Virus record (IMG/VR): IMGVR_UViG_2703718810_000001
Coordinates: 1-41,152 of that record
DNA: 41,152 bases
Origin: a virus
Taxonomy: Duplodnaviria; Heunggongvirae; Uroviricota; Caudoviricetes
Reading direction: 5' to 3' (one strand)
Shown here: in pieces, positions 31,545-41,152 of the stretch
How positions within the stretch are numbered: the stretch's first letter is position 1
How the letters are laid out: each line of letters opens with the position of its first letter
Made by a program: the position numbers and the translations under genes
The notes under the pieces: model-generated
What the model saw: the letters and a program-made list of their open reading frames with translations, nothing else
What the model was told of the DNA's origin: nothing
Databases searched by the model: none

Positions 31545-33382
31545 TGAAAGTAACTGCAAACGGTAAGACATTTACCTTTCCTGATGGTACGAGCACCGAA
31601 GATATTGGCACCGCCATTGATGAGTATTTTGCTGGTCAGGCTGTTCAGCAACAAACAGTTAATCAGGCCAATAATGCACCAACACGGGAAGAACCATCAT
31701 TGATGCAACAAGCTGGCGATTGGCTCACTGGTGGTCAAAGTGCAGGGCAAATTGCGGAACAGGCTGGTCGTGGTCTGGTAAACATACCATTTGACGTATT
31801 GCAGGGCGGCGCAAGTCTGATTAATGCAATCAGTCAGGGGCTTGGTGGACCCAAGGTTTTGGATGATGTTTATCGTCCAGTAGACAGACCGACAGACCCC
31901 TACGCGCAAGCCGGTGAAACAATTGGTGGGTATTTAGTTCCAGGAGTTGGAACGGCAGGAAGCATGGCTATTGGATCACTGGCAGAGGCCGCAAATCAGA
32001 AAGGCGATTTCGCACAAAATGCAGCTAAAAATGCCGGAGTTAACCTTGCCGCTCAGGGTGTTCTTTCCGCAGCAGCAAAGGGAATAGGGCGTGGAATAAC
32101 GGCTATAAAAGGTGATATTGCGCCAGAAGTGGCGAAGAAAATTGCCACATCAGAATCGATGGGCGTGACACCAATGACATCTGATGTTATCCCGCCGAAA
32201 AATGCTTTCACTCGCGGCCTTACTCAGGATGCCGAGGGGGCTTTGCTCGGGACAGGCTCAAAGCGAGCGGAGCAATATGCAACGCGTAGTAAGTTGGTAA
32301 GTAATTATTTTGACCGTTTTGGTGAGTACAACCCGGATGATGTGGTGAAATCTCTGACCACCACGTTAAGGGGACGGAAGGATGCCGCTGGCGCTGTTAT
32401 CAATGACGTCACCAATAAAATGGGGAATGCCGCAGTTGATACCACAAATACTATGAATGCTCTGAATACAGCGATCGCAAGACAGGAACGGCTTGGGACG
32501 TCTGCCAATCAAAGCCTGCTTACATCCTTGCGTAACCTACGTGAAGAATTAGCAAACCCTGCAACTGATTTGGATGTTACGTTTGATCTCTTGCGTCAGC
32601 ACAGAACAGCATTTAGATCTAATGTTCAGGGAGATGCTATGGTCTTCCCCAACCAGGCAAAAGCAGCTACCAATATGGTAGAGAATGCAATGTCAAAAGA
32701 CCTTCGTAACGCAGTTGCTAAAAACCTCGGTGCATCAGACGCAGCAAAATACCTTAAAGCAAATTCCGATTATGCAAACGTTTATAATAAGGTGCTTAAT
32801 AAAAACATTGCCAACAAGCTCAACAAGGCAAGCAGTGAAGCCAGTCCTGAACTTATAAATACCGTTGTATTAAGCAGAAAACCATCTGACGTGAAACGAA
32901 TCTGGAGCGCATTGGATGATAAAGGGAAAGATGCTATGCGTGCAGCTTACGTCAGCAAAATAGCGGAAAAGGCCGGTGACTCTCCAGCCAAGTTCATCAC
33001 TGAAGTTAATAAGCTTAAATCTCAGTCAGGCGGTGAAATTTACAACACTATTTTTTCTGGAAAGCACATGAAAGAGCTCGATGCTCTTCATGAAGTTCTA
33101 CAGCAAACAGCAAGGTCAGACACCGCAAATGTAGTAACTCAGACGGGGCAATCACAAGCCAACAGGATAAGGACGATTGGCGCAACTGCGACTCTTGGAG
33201 TATCAATGGGGATTGAGGCTGGTTTTGGTGCAATGATGCGTTTGTATGAGTCCAAAGCAGCAAGGAATGCGCTCTTACGTCTGGCAAACACTAAAGCTGG
33301 AACGCCAGCTTATGAAAGAGCGCTAAATCAGGCTGCTACTGCCGTGCGCCCGCTCTTAGCTAACGAAGCGACCCGGCAGTAG
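31541..33382 (+). CDS. ejection protein (P22 gp16-like)
   Basis: 613 aa; last gene of the rightward virion operon. Confidence 0.75.
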   Translation: MMKVTANGKTFTFPDGTSTEDIGTAIDEYFAGQAVQQQTVNQANNAPTREEPSLMQQAGDWLTGGQSAGQIAEQAGRGLVNIPFDVLQGGASLINAISQGLGGPKVLDDVYRPVDRPTDPYAQAGETIGGYLVPGVGTAGSMAIGSLAEAANQKGDFAQNAAKNAGVNLAAQGVLSAAAKGIGRGITAIKGDIAPEVAKKIATSESMGVTPMTSDVIPPKNAFTRGLTQDAEGALLGTGSKRAEQYATRSKLVSNYFDRFGEYNPDDVVKSLTTTLRGRKDAAGAVINDVTNKMGNAAVDTTNTMNALNTAIARQERLGTSANQSLLTSLRNLREELANPATDLDVTFDLLRQHRTAFRSNVQGDAMVFPNQAKAATNMVENAMSKDLRNAVAKNLGASDAAKYLKANSDYANVYNKVLNKNIANKLNKASSEASPELINTVVLSRKPSDVKRIWSALDDKGKDAMRAAYVSKIAEKAGDSPAKFITEVNKLKSQSGGEIYNTIFSGKHMKELDALHEVLQQTARSDTANVVTQTGQSQANRIRTIGATATLGVSMGIEAGFGAMMRLYESKAARNALLRLANTKAGTPAYERALNQAATAVRPLLANEATRQ

Positions 33383-33404
33383 CACTGTAAGCCAAGGACG
33401 GCAT

Positions 33405-33971
33405 TTATTTTATAGTTTTTATGAATTCTTTATTAAATCCCTTAGCTTCTCCGGGGTATCTTCCAAAGACAATTTTTATAAAAACAGAAAAAATAAAGAT
33501 AGCAACGCTTAACAACAGTTGCAGTATCATTGGAACCCAAAGAACTACAGGCTCTATATTCATGAAACCAAATATTCTTCCGGCGATCATGGCGAAGTAC
33601 CACACTGTTATCAGCAAACTTAGTGGCATATGAATTACTGATATTACCAATCCAAGAGCATCAGTAATTCTATTTTCAAATTTTTCAGGGGAAAACTTTT
33701 CTTTAAGGTAATTCAGTGCGCAGGCCTCATTCTCTGGATTTTCAGCATTTTTCCCTATAGCAATAGAAATCTCAGATATCCTTGATTCAATTCTTTTTCG
33801 TTTAATAAAACTAGAAAAAAAGAACCACGCAATCTGCAACCCTATCCCCATAAATAGAGTTGCGGCAACTAGCACAGCGTAACTCATAGAATCAGACACA
33901 CCAACCTCTTTAGTTTTTCTAGTTACTTTGTCACGATAGGATATGCGAATTGATAAAACTAAATTGCGCAC
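33405..33971 (-). CDS. 3-TM inner-membrane protein, candidate superinfection-exclusion protein (SieA-position)
   Basis: Three predicted TM helices; AT-rich; occupies the position of sieA in P22 (between gene 16 and mnt). Start uncertain. Confidence 0.55.
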   Translation of the reverse strand: MRNLVLSIRISYRDKVTRKTKEVGVSDSMSYAVLVAATLFMGIGLQIAWFFFSSFIKRKRIESRISEISIAIGKNAENPENEACALNYLKEKFSPEKFENRITDALGLVISVIHMPLSLLITVWYFAMIAGRIFGFMNIEPVVLWVPMILQLLLSVAIFIFSVFIKIVFGRYPGEAKGFNKEFIKTIK

Positions 33972-34116
33972 ATGATAACTCAGTAATAATTGTTAATGAA
34001 AACATGATCACCTATATTGCACAAGGCGAAACAGGAAGCATAATCTGGTTTCATGAGTGTGATCACGTTTGGGTAAATCAAAGTCAAGAGGAAATACTTG
34101 AAATTATCAAAAATAA

Positions 34117-34698
34117 CTATCTAAACGTTGCACACGACTCATCTATCCATTTTTCATAAAATTGTATACCGAGATAGGCAAGAACAGATGGATGTATATC
34201 AACAAGCTTTTCGCCAAGATGTTCTGTTGGAGGTGGATAATCTTTGCCTTGGTTTCTTACGGTTATAGGCATAGTTGTTGCTGGATGAAACTCAACTATC
34301 ATAGGGTCGCCTTCGTATTTTGCTATTTTCCCTGTTGAATCAATGATTAACTCTTTAATATAATGGCTTCTTGCTCCCGGAAATGCCCCAAGAGTAGTAT
34401 AAGGAGGTTCAAGTTTTGAGATTTCCATAGTGGAATGATGATCAGCATTTCTTGCTTGGTGAAGGTAAGCAAGTGTTTTGTCTGTTTTTCTAAGCATGAA
34501 CTTTTGGTTGAAGTGGCTGCTAAATTTTCCACTAACCGGCTTTGTTGCACAGAGCAACTTACTGAAAGACTTTTCTATATGCCCAAGACATTCTCGCCAG
34601 TGCATTTCAAAATCATCATGGTTTGTAGATGATTTCATCTGCTCTAGGCACTTTTTAGCTGCGATGATTTCTTTTTTTGCTGGGTTGTAATCGATCAT
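34117..34698 (-). CDS. hypothetical protein (193 aa) translationally coupled to mnt
   Basis: ATG overlaps the mnt stop (ATGA); AT-rich; no motif recognised. Confidence 0.6.
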   Translation of the reverse strand: MIDYNPAKKEIIAAKKCLEQMKSSTNHDDFEMHWRECLGHIEKSFSKLLCATKPVSGKFSSHFNQKFMLRKTDKTLAYLHQARNADHHSTMEISKLEPPYTTLGAFPGARSHYIKELIIDSTGKIAKYEGDPMIVEFHPATTMPITVRNQGKDYPPPTEHLGEKLVDIHPSVLAYLGIQFYEKWIDESCATFR

Positions 34699-34949
34699 TT
34701 TGCATCCTTGCCATACATGTTTTTAAGTGTCTCAAATACCACAGACTTGAACTGTTCAGCCTGCATCTCGGCTAATCGTTCAGCTTCATTGCGATAACCT
34801 TTTACAGGAGATGGTCTCGATAGAGCATCTTGGACGATTTGCAACAATTCTGAGTTCATTGATCTACCATTTGACTCTGCTCTGTATTTTAATTTTTCTC
34901 TTACTTCCAAAGGCATGCGGAAGTTAAAGTGCGGATCATCTCTAGCCAT
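34695..34949 (-). CDS. mnt: Mnt maintenance repressor (ribbon-helix-helix)
   Basis: Translation matches P22 Mnt as recalled. Confidence 0.85.
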   Translation of the reverse strand: MARDDPHFNFRMPLEVREKLKYRAESNGRSMNSELLQIVQDALSRPSPVKGYRNEAERLAEMQAEQFKSVVFETLKNMYGKDAK

Positions 34950-34971
34950 GCCATCACTCCAAGTTAGTGTA

Positions 34972-35023
34972 TTGACATGATAGAAGCACTCTACTATATT
35001 CTCAATAGGTCCACCGTGGACCT
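34972..35023. promoter_or_regulatory. immI control region: Pant with Oarc and Omnt operators
   Basis: TTGACA and TATATT with 17-bp spacer; ATGATAGAAGCACTCTACTAT between them; near-palindrome AGGTCCACCGTGGACCT at 35007-35023. Confidence 0.65.
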
Positions 35024-35039
35024 ATATTGTGAGGTGAAC

Positions 35040-35201
35040 ATGAAAGGAATGAGCAAAATGCCGCAGTTCAATTTGCGGTGGCCTAAAGAAGTATTGGATT
35101 TGGTACGCAAGGTGGCGGAAGAGAATGGTCGGTCTGTTAACTCTGAGATTTATCAGAGAGTAATGGACAGCTTTAAGAAGGAAGGGCGTATTGGCGCGTA
35201 A
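35040..35201 (+). CDS. arc: Arc repressor (ribbon-helix-helix)
   Basis: From [15 protein letters not shown]...; GAGGTG RBS; 53 aa. Confidence 0.85.
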   Translation: MKGMSKMPQFNLRWPKEVLDLVRKVAEENGRSVNSEIYQRVMDSFKKEGRIGA

Positions 35202-35275
35202 AGTTGAAGCCCCAACTGCGGGAACAGTCAGGGCTTCTGTTGTCAGTAAATTCGTGGAGAAAAACCAACATGAAT
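35202..35275 (-). ncRNA. sar: possible sar-like antisense RNA region opposite the ant ribosome-binding site
   Basis: P22 has a small antisense RNA at the arc-ant junction; boundaries here are guessed, no promoter or terminator assigned. Confidence 0.25.
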
Positions 35276-36172
35276 AGTATAGCAATTTTAGAAGCAGTGA
35301 ACACCTCTTACGTACCTTTCAATGGTCAGCAGATTATCACCGCCATGACTGCCGGAGTTGCATATGTTGCGATGAAGCCAATCGTTGAAAACCTTGGAAT
35401 GAGCTGGTCAACGCAGCAAACAAAACTCATGAAGCAGATTAGCAAATTCAACTGTGTTCATATGAACATGGTTGCCGCTGATGGTAAGCTTCGTAAGCTA
35501 CTCTGCCTTCCTTTGAAGAAGTTAAATGGATGGCTGTTCAGCATCAACCCTGAGAAAGTTCGTGCTGACATCCGCGATAAACTGATTCAGTACCAGGAAG
35601 AATGCTTTACTGTGCTGCATGACTACTGGACGAAGGGAAAGGCAGAAAATGCACGTAAGAAAACATCTGTTGATGACAGGACTCCGCTTCGTGATGCTGT
35701 AAATATGCTAGTCAGCAAAAAGCATCTAATGTACCCAGAAGCTTATGCAATGATTCATCAGCGTTTCAACGTGGAAAGTATTGAAGAGCTTGATTCATCT
35801 CAGATACCGCAAGCAGTAGAGTACATCCACAGGGTAGTGCTTGAAGGCGAGTTCATCGGCAAACAAGAGAAGAAAACCAACGAGCTTTCTGCAAAAGAAG
35901 CAAACAGCCTTGTATGGTTATGGGATTATGCCAACCGCTCACAGGCATTATTCCGCGAACTGTATCCGGCGCTAAAACAAATTCAATCGAACTATTCCGG
36001 CAGATGCTACGACTACGGTCATGAGTTCTCGTATGTTATCGGAATGGCGAGAGACGTTTTAATAAACCACACACGAGATGTTGATATTAATGAGCCAGAC
36101 GGACCAACGAATCTCTCCGCATGGATGAGACTTAAGAATAAAGAATTGCCTCCTTCAGTACATAACTACTGA
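35270..36172 (+). CDS. ant: antirepressor Ant
   Basis: From [21 protein letters not shown]..., 300 aa; GGAG RBS; ORF-track start at 35204 is TTG. Confidence 0.8.
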   Translation: MNSIAILEAVNTSYVPFNGQQIITAMTAGVAYVAMKPIVENLGMSWSTQQTKLMKQISKFNCVHMNMVAADGKLRKLLCLPLKKLNGWLFSINPEKVRADIRDKLIQYQEECFTVLHDYWTKGKAENARKKTSVDDRTPLRDAVNMLVSKKHLMYPEAYAMIHQRFNVESIEELDSSQIPQAVEYIHRVVLEGEFIGKQEKKTNELSAKEANSLVWLWDYANRSQALFRELYPALKQIQSNYSGRCYDYGHEFSYVIGMARDVLINHTRDVDINEPDGPTNLSAWMRLKNKELPPSVHNY

Positions 36173-36190
36173 CAGATAACCAACGCAACG

Positions 36191-36215
36191 ACCCAGCTTC
36201 GGCTGGGTTTTTTTA
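36191..36215 (+). terminator. rho-independent terminator after ant
   Basis: ACCCAGC-ttcg-GCTGGGT followed by TTTTTTT. Confidence 0.65.
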
Positions 36216-36350
36216 TGCCCAAAATTCACCGCAGCAACTAAGCGGCGATGGCCTTGATGGATAGCACTACGAAATTTTCGTAGTTCAAAAACCAAACAAA
36301 TACCAACCGTAGCCATGCTGCGGCGATTCCTTGTATCTGGAGCAAATTAA

Positions 36351-38279
36351 ATGACAGACATTACAGCCAATGTTGTGGTAAGCATGCCTTCGCAACTCTT
36401 CACTATGGCGCGTTCTTTTAAAGCCGTAGCCAATGGAAAAATTTATATCGGTAAAATTGACACTGACCCTGTAAATCCTGAAAACCAGATTCAGGTTTAT
36501 GTGGAGAACGAAGACGGCTCTCACGTTCCTGTTTCGCAACCAATCATCATTAATGCTGCTGGATATCCGGTATATAACGGACAGATTGCCAAATTCGTAA
36601 CTGTGCAAGGCCATTCAATGGCTGTATACGATGCGTATGGTGCGCAGCAGTTCTATTTTCCTAATGTGCTGAAGTATGACCCTGATCAGCTGGAGCAAAG
36701 ACTTTCAAGTACATCAGGAGCATCATTAATAGGTATAGATAAATATGGTACAATTGAGAATGCAATTAAATATTCAATAAAGTATGTAACACCAGAAATG
36801 TATATCTCACAGTCCTCAGACATAACCGAGGCTATTCAGATGGCAATTGATGATTGTGAGGTTGTATATATGGAACCTACCGACTACCTTATTGAAAGAA
36901 CCATAAATATACCTGATGGCAGGGTTATTTATCTTGGCGGATCAAAGTTAACAGCTTCTACAGGTAGTTCTCCTATATTTAAGTATAATGGGAAAAATAT
37001 CGGATTAACAATTTGGGGCGGCAGCTGCATTGTTACAGGAGCGGCAAGTGCATTCTTAGAGGCTGAAGGTGATAGCGACACACCTAGCAATGAAGACTAT
37101 ATTAAACAGATAAGACTTTACGGTGTTCATGTATCATCTTCAATGATAACATATGCGCTTTTGTTAAAAAAAGCAGTTCGTCAAATATTTATTGATTCCT
37201 GCATGTTTTATACCGTAAATGGGATTGTTTCATCAGGGAAAACAGTAGAGTTGGCTTGCAATAAGAGCATTGTATTTGGGGCGACAACGGCTACTGATAC
37301 TGTTGGAATTGGCATTTATAGTACTGGAACCGGTGGCCCTTATTATAATGAGGGATGGCATTTTACCGATTGCACAATAGATAATTTTGAAAGAACATTT
37401 GATGTCTCTGATATATATGTGTTAACTGTCAATGGTGGATTTATAGGAAATAACTCAAATACTGGATTTGCTATGTATTTTGGAGAGGGAAATACAACTC
37501 ATTGTAGAGAAATTAATGTTAATACAGTCATAGGAGGTAGGGTTAAGTTTAACAACGCCACTATCGAGAGATTGTGTCATGCAAAATTTAGCGGTGAGAT
37601 AACCTACTGCAAGGGTGGGAGTGGGGTGTGTTTTGCCATTGGCAATAATATATCTGCAGTTGATGTTATTGGTATGAAGTTTACAACTAATACAGGACAC
37701 GTTGTAGCAACTGTTGGTAATGGTTCTTCAAATATTCATTTTTCTGATATAAGCACAGACTCTTCACACATCTCTGGAATATTGTTTTCTGGCACCGATG
37801 GTGGTAATTGTTCAATATCAGACTTTTCATACTCAGGAGCAGGGGAGGCTTTATCACTTCCAAGGCCTGTTAAGCTTTCAAACGTACCAGTCATCGGTGT
37901 TGCTACACCTGTTTTTTCAATAAAAAATGATTTTGTATCTTCTAACAAGATAGTAGCAATAGGTTCAAATATAAATCAGTTGCAGATGACAATCGCTAAA
38001 GGTAGTAGAATTTCAATAAATATAAACATTTCTTACCTTGGTGGTGCTGGAAGCACGGCGCAAGTAATAGGAATTACTGCGCCAAGTGGTACTATACTTC
38101 CAAATGGCAGCAATAGTATGCAATTCACTCTTCCTGAGGCTAATGGAAGTGTTACTTTAAATGTAATTGCCTCAGTTTCTACTGATTTCATTAATGGATC
38201 TTTTACCATAGATAACAGGGCTGGGAATACATTAACTGTTATGCCCGGCTCTCATCTTTCAGTTACTCTATCGAATTGA
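36351..38279 (+). CDS. tailspike protein: conserved head-binding domain plus divergent receptor-binding domain
   Basis: First ~115 aa match the P22/HK620 tailspike N-terminus as recalled; remainder is AT-rich, Gly/Ser/Thr/Asn-rich and different. Confidence 0.8.
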   Translation: MTDITANVVVSMPSQLFTMARSFKAVANGKIYIGKIDTDPVNPENQIQVYVENEDGSHVPVSQPIIINAAGYPVYNGQIAKFVTVQGHSMAVYDAYGAQQFYFPNVLKYDPDQLEQRLSSTSGASLIGIDKYGTIENAIKYSIKYVTPEMYISQSSDITEAIQMAIDDCEVVYMEPTDYLIERTINIPDGRVIYLGGSKLTASTGSSPIFKYNGKNIGLTIWGGSCIVTGAASAFLEAEGDSDTPSNEDYIKQIRLYGVHVSSSMITYALLLKKAVRQIFIDSCMFYTVNGIVSSGKTVELACNKSIVFGATTATDTVGIGIYSTGTGGPYYNEGWHFTDCTIDNFERTFDVSDIYVLTVNGGFIGNNSNTGFAMYFGEGNTTHCREINVNTVIGGRVKFNNATIERLCHAKFSGEITYCKGGSGVCFAIGNNISAVDVIGMKFTTNTGHVVATVGNGSSNIHFSDISTDSSHISGILFSGTDGGNCSISDFSYSGAGEALSLPRPVKLSNVPVIGVATPVFSIKNDFVSSNKIVAIGSNINQLQMTIAKGSRISININISYLGGAGSTAQVIGITAPSGTILPNGSNSMQFTLPEANGSVTLNVIASVSTDFINGSFTIDNRAGNTLTVMPGSHLSVTLSN

Positions 38280-38289
38280 TAAATATAAT

Positions 38290-38320
38290 AAACCTAGTGT
38301 TAATTATTATCACTAGGTTT
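38290..38320. terminator. bidirectional rho-independent terminator between tailspike and gtrA remnant
   Basis: AACCTAGTG-ttaattattat-CACTAGGTT hairpin with T-rich tracts on both strands. Confidence 0.55.
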
Positions 38321-38326
38321 ATTTTC

Positions 38327-38608
38327 TCACTCGCATTTCTTACTAAAATCAATTACAAATACAGTTTTATTATATTTTATGTCGTAAAATTCTGTAGAGG
38401 ATGTGCTATCAAATGAGCAATAAGTCGATGCTTTGAATGTGAATTTTGCATTCTCGAAGAAGCTAAAACTCATAGCCACAACGAAACCTGCGAAGTTCGC
38501 CATAGCTTGATTTGTATGCGCTGCATAGATACATACACCAAAAACCACCCAGTGTATAAGTGTGTTCAGTACACCAATTGAGGTGTACCTTGCAAATATA
38601 TTTAACAT
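38327..38608 (-). pseudogene. gtrA: truncated gtrA (bactoprenol-linked glucose translocase) remnant
   Basis: First ~60 aa match K-12 GtrA/YfdG as recalled, then diverge and stop at 93 aa; no gtrB or gtrC follows. Confidence 0.55.
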
Positions 38609-38750
38609 TTATTTAATCAATGAGTTCTGAAAGGCATGAAGTCTATCATCCAAGTCTCAATCGATCGATGACTTGCTATGGTTGATGAGACAAACAAAGT
38701 TTTGTACTGGATTGCAAGGCTTTGTGCTCTTCGATAGTGGTTAAGGTGGA

Positions 38751-39908
38751 TCACTCCACCTTTTCATCAAGCCAGTCCGCCCACCACTGCATCATTTCTC
38801 TGCGCTTATCGAGATACTGAGCATGGTTGTAAATTCCACGTACAGATCCGCCGTTGGCATGTGCCAGTTGCACTTCAATGGCGTCGGCAGGCCATTCGTG
38901 CTCGTTCATAATTGTGCTGAATTCATGCCTGAATCCGTGACCGCTTTCCAGACCCTCATAGCCGATTTGTTTGATCACAAGCAATACCGCGTTCTCGCAG
39001 ATTGGCTTCTTCTTATCGTTGCGACCGGCAAAAACAAACTCTGATACTGGTTTAGTGATTGAGCTTAGCGTAGTGAGAAGTTCAACCACCTGGTCTGACA
39101 TAGGAACCACATGAATTTTGCGACCCTTCATCACACTGGCGTCGATGGTGATAATCCTGTTTTCAAAATCGACGTTCTTCCATTGCATGGAACGAAGCTC
39201 TTTCGTTCTTAGGGCTGTATAGCGTAAAACCTTGGTCGCAATGAGCGATACGATGCTTCCTGAAAATGTTGCCAGTGCTTTGTTAAATGCCGGGATCTGG
39301 TCTGCAGGAAGAAACGGGAAGTTTTTCTTGCGGTATCCCTTCATGGCGTCAGCAAGGTCAGGTGCCGGGTTATATTTAGCCCTACCAGTGACAATAGCGT
39401 AACGGAAAACCTCGCCACATCTTCTGCGTGCTTTGTTGGCTCGCTCCATTGCACCGCGATCTTCAAATCTGCGGATTACTTCCAGCAGTTGCATCGGCTC
39501 AATATCCTGAATCTCAAGACCGCCGATGATGGGTAAAATGTCGTCATCAAACATTTTGGCAAGTTCAGTTGCATAGCCTACTGACCAGACTTGCTTCTTG
39601 TGCTCGTACCATTCCTTGTAAATCGCACTAAATGAATTGTTGTTAGACGAAGCCTTTTTCGCCTTTACCGGATCGATGCCAACCGAGATGTCTTTCCTCG
39701 CAGTCCATGACTTATCCCTTGCTTCCTGCAAAGTCATAAGCGGATATTTTCCGACGGTCAGGATTTTCTCTTTACCGTCAATCTTGTAGCGAAGCTGCCA
39801 TACCTTTTTCCCGGATACAGGAACATAAAGGTACAGGCCATTACCATCGAGAAGGCGGTATGGTTTTTCTTTCGGCTTTGCTGCTTCAATCTGCTTAACG
39901 GTGAGCAT
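38751..39908 (-). CDS. intS: tyrosine integrase (IntS-like)
   Basis: Translation from MLTVKQIEAAKPKEK matches K-12 IntS as recalled; adjacent to argW. Alternative GTG start at 39944. Confidence 0.85.
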   Translation of the reverse strand: MLTVKQIEAAKPKEKPYRLLDGNGLYLYVPVSGKKVWQLRYKIDGKEKILTVGKYPLMTLQEARDKSWTARKDISVGIDPVKAKKASSNNNSFSAIYKEWYEHKKQVWSVGYATELAKMFDDDILPIIGGLEIQDIEPMQLLEVIRRFEDRGAMERANKARRRCGEVFRYAIVTGRAKYNPAPDLADAMKGYRKKNFPFLPADQIPAFNKALATFSGSIVSLIATKVLRYTALRTKELRSMQWKNVDFENRIITIDASVMKGRKIHVVPMSDQVVELLTTLSSITKPVSEFVFAGRNDKKKPICENAVLLVIKQIGYEGLESGHGFRHEFSTIMNEHEWPADAIEVQLAHANGGSVRGIYNHAQYLDKRREMMQWWADWLDEKVE

Positions 39909-40069
39909 GGGTAAAAATCCGGTGGGTAAAATTATTTTATCCACTTTTTACCCGTCATGGAGTGCGGCTGTCAACGATCTGAAGCGAACCATGACGAACT
40001 ATGAATCTACGGAAGGCTTGATATTAAGGGGATTTTGCGGACTGGTACGGATGGGAGCGAACTGATAAA

Positions 40070-40084
40070 TGGTGTCCCCTGCAG
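40070..40084. repeat. attR core (TGGTGTCCCCTGCAG), 3' end of argW
   Basis: Exact copy of 441-455. Confidence 0.7.
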
Positions 40085-40144
40085 GAATCGAACCTGCAAT
40101 TAGCCCTTAGGAGGGGCTCGTTATATCCATTTAACTAAGAGGAC
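40070..40144 (-). tRNA. argW: tRNA-Arg (anticodon CCU)
   Basis: 75-nt cloverleaf ending ...GGGGACACCA with anticodon loop CUCCUAA; matches argW as recalled. Confidence 0.85.
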
Positions 40145-40219
40145 AATGCGGCATGAGTATACCCGCTAATGGACTGCGGGGTAAGTACGCTGCCGCTCGA
40201 TTGCTTAAACCCTCGCCAT

Positions 40220-41152
40220 TTATGCTGGGTTTTTATCATTTTTCTTAATGTTTTCCGCACGTTCTGCTTTTTGGCGTGCTTCTGCTTTACGCTTGTTGCT
40301 CATGTCGTTACGAATCTGTGCATGACTCATTAACGCGAAGATAAAGGTGCCGCCGCAGATGTTCCCCGCTAAAGTAGGTAGTGCGAAGGGCCAGATGAAA
40401 TCGCTCCAGTGCAGCGTGCCGTTAAACACCAGATAGAGGATTTCAACAGAACCGACAACGATGTGGGTGGTGTCACCCAGTGCAATAAGCCAGGTCATCA
40501 AAATAATCACCACAATCTTTGCCGCACCCGCTGCAGGAAACATCCAAACCATAGTGGCGATCAGCCAGCCGGAAATGATCGCGTTGGCAAACATCTCGCT
40601 GGGGGTGTTCTTCATCACATCCATGCCGATTTTGACAAATGCATCGCGAGTTTCTTCATTGAAGATAGGCATATATTCAAATGCCCATGCAGCAATACCT
40701 GTCCCGAGAATATTACCCAGCAGCACGACGCCCCATAATCGCATAAGTAAGCCGACGTTGCTCATTGTCGGTTTTTGCATGACGGGTAGTACCGCAGTCA
40801 CGGTGTTTTCGGTAAATAATTGCTGGCGGGCCATAATGACGATAATAAAACCAAAGGTATAACCGAGATTCTCCAGTAAGAAGCTGCCTGGCACTCCTTC
40901 CAGTTCGACATGAAATATCCCTTTTGCCAGTAGCGAAGCGCCCATCGACAGACCCGCCGCAATGGCTGACCACAGTAGCGCCATTGCGTCGCGTTCCAGC
41001 TCTTTTTCACCATCCTGGCGGATATGCTCATGAATTGCCATCGCCCGGGAGGGGAGTCGGTCTTCATCTATTTCTATTTTTTTGCCGCGCTCTTTTTCTT
41101 CGCTCTCAACTTCAATTTCGTCGCTGTGTTGATCAATTTTGTCGTTGTCCAT
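40220..41152 (-). CDS. yfdC: inner membrane protein YfdC (host flank)
   Basis: 310-aa multi-TM protein next to argW as in K-12; ATG at the window edge. Confidence 0.75.
   Translation of the reverse strand: MDNDKIDQHSDEIEVESEEKERGKKIEIDEDRLPSRAMAIHEHIRQDGEKELERDAMALLWSAIAAGLSMGASLLAKGIFHVELEGVPGSFLLENLGYTFGFIIVIMARQQLFTENTVTAVLPVMQKPTMSNVGLLMRLWGVVLLGNILGTGIAAWAFEYMPIFNEETRDAFVKIGMDVMKNTPSEMFANAIISGWLIATMVWMFPAAGAAKIVVIILMTWLIALGDTTHIVVGSVEILYLVFNGTLHWSDFIWPFALPTLAGNICGGTFIFALMSHAQIRNDMSNKRKAEARQKAERAENIKKNDKNPA

Larger units (their letters stand above)
441..40084. mobile_element. P22-like prophage (HK620/Sf6-type podovirus) integrated at argW; mosaic with lambda-type nin/Q/lysis modules
   Basis: Bounded by a 15-bp direct repeat matching the argW 3' end; excisionase at left end, integrase at right end; complete immunity, replication, lysis, packaging and virion gene set in canonical order. 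Confidence 0.85.

Noticed and set aside
33950-34159. 69-aa plus-strand ORF spanning the gap between the two minus-strand genes
   Set aside because: Overlaps both neighbouring gene ends; more likely the intergenic promoter region of the leftward operon. Not excluded.
1-41152. CRISPR array or IS element
   Set aside because: No regularly spaced short direct repeats and no transposase-like ORF with terminal inverted repeats were seen.

Overview
This window holds a complete ~39.6 kb P22-like (HK620/Sf6-type) prophage inserted at the 3' end of tRNA-Arg argW, flanked by a 15-bp direct repeat (441-455 and 40070-40084) and by host yfdC on the right. All protein identities are from reading the translations and recalling the lambda, P22, HK620 and E. 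coli K-12 proteins from memory; no database search was run. Layout, left to right: host flank, attL, excisionase torI, a leftward early operon (N, cIII, Kil-like, Erf, SSB, two Lar-like proteins, Ea22-like, many small unknowns), a P22-type immC region (c2 repressor, cro, c1), replication genes (an O-like initiator with internal iterons, and a DnaB-type helicase interrupted by an intein), a lambda-like nin region, Q and the S-R-Rz/Rz1 lysis cassette, a P22-type packaging and head/tail gene set, the immI region (mnt, arc, ant), a tailspike with a divergent receptor-binding domain, a truncated gtrA, integrase intS and argW. The strongest candidate for an undescribed function is the AT-rich leftward module co-transcribed with mnt: a 193-aa protein with no recognisable motifs, translationally coupled to mnt, followed by a 3-TM membrane protein in the position of P22 sieA. 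Other notable points are the apparent class 3 intein in the helicase P-loop, the tailspike module swap, and an unusually long leader between OL/pL and N.
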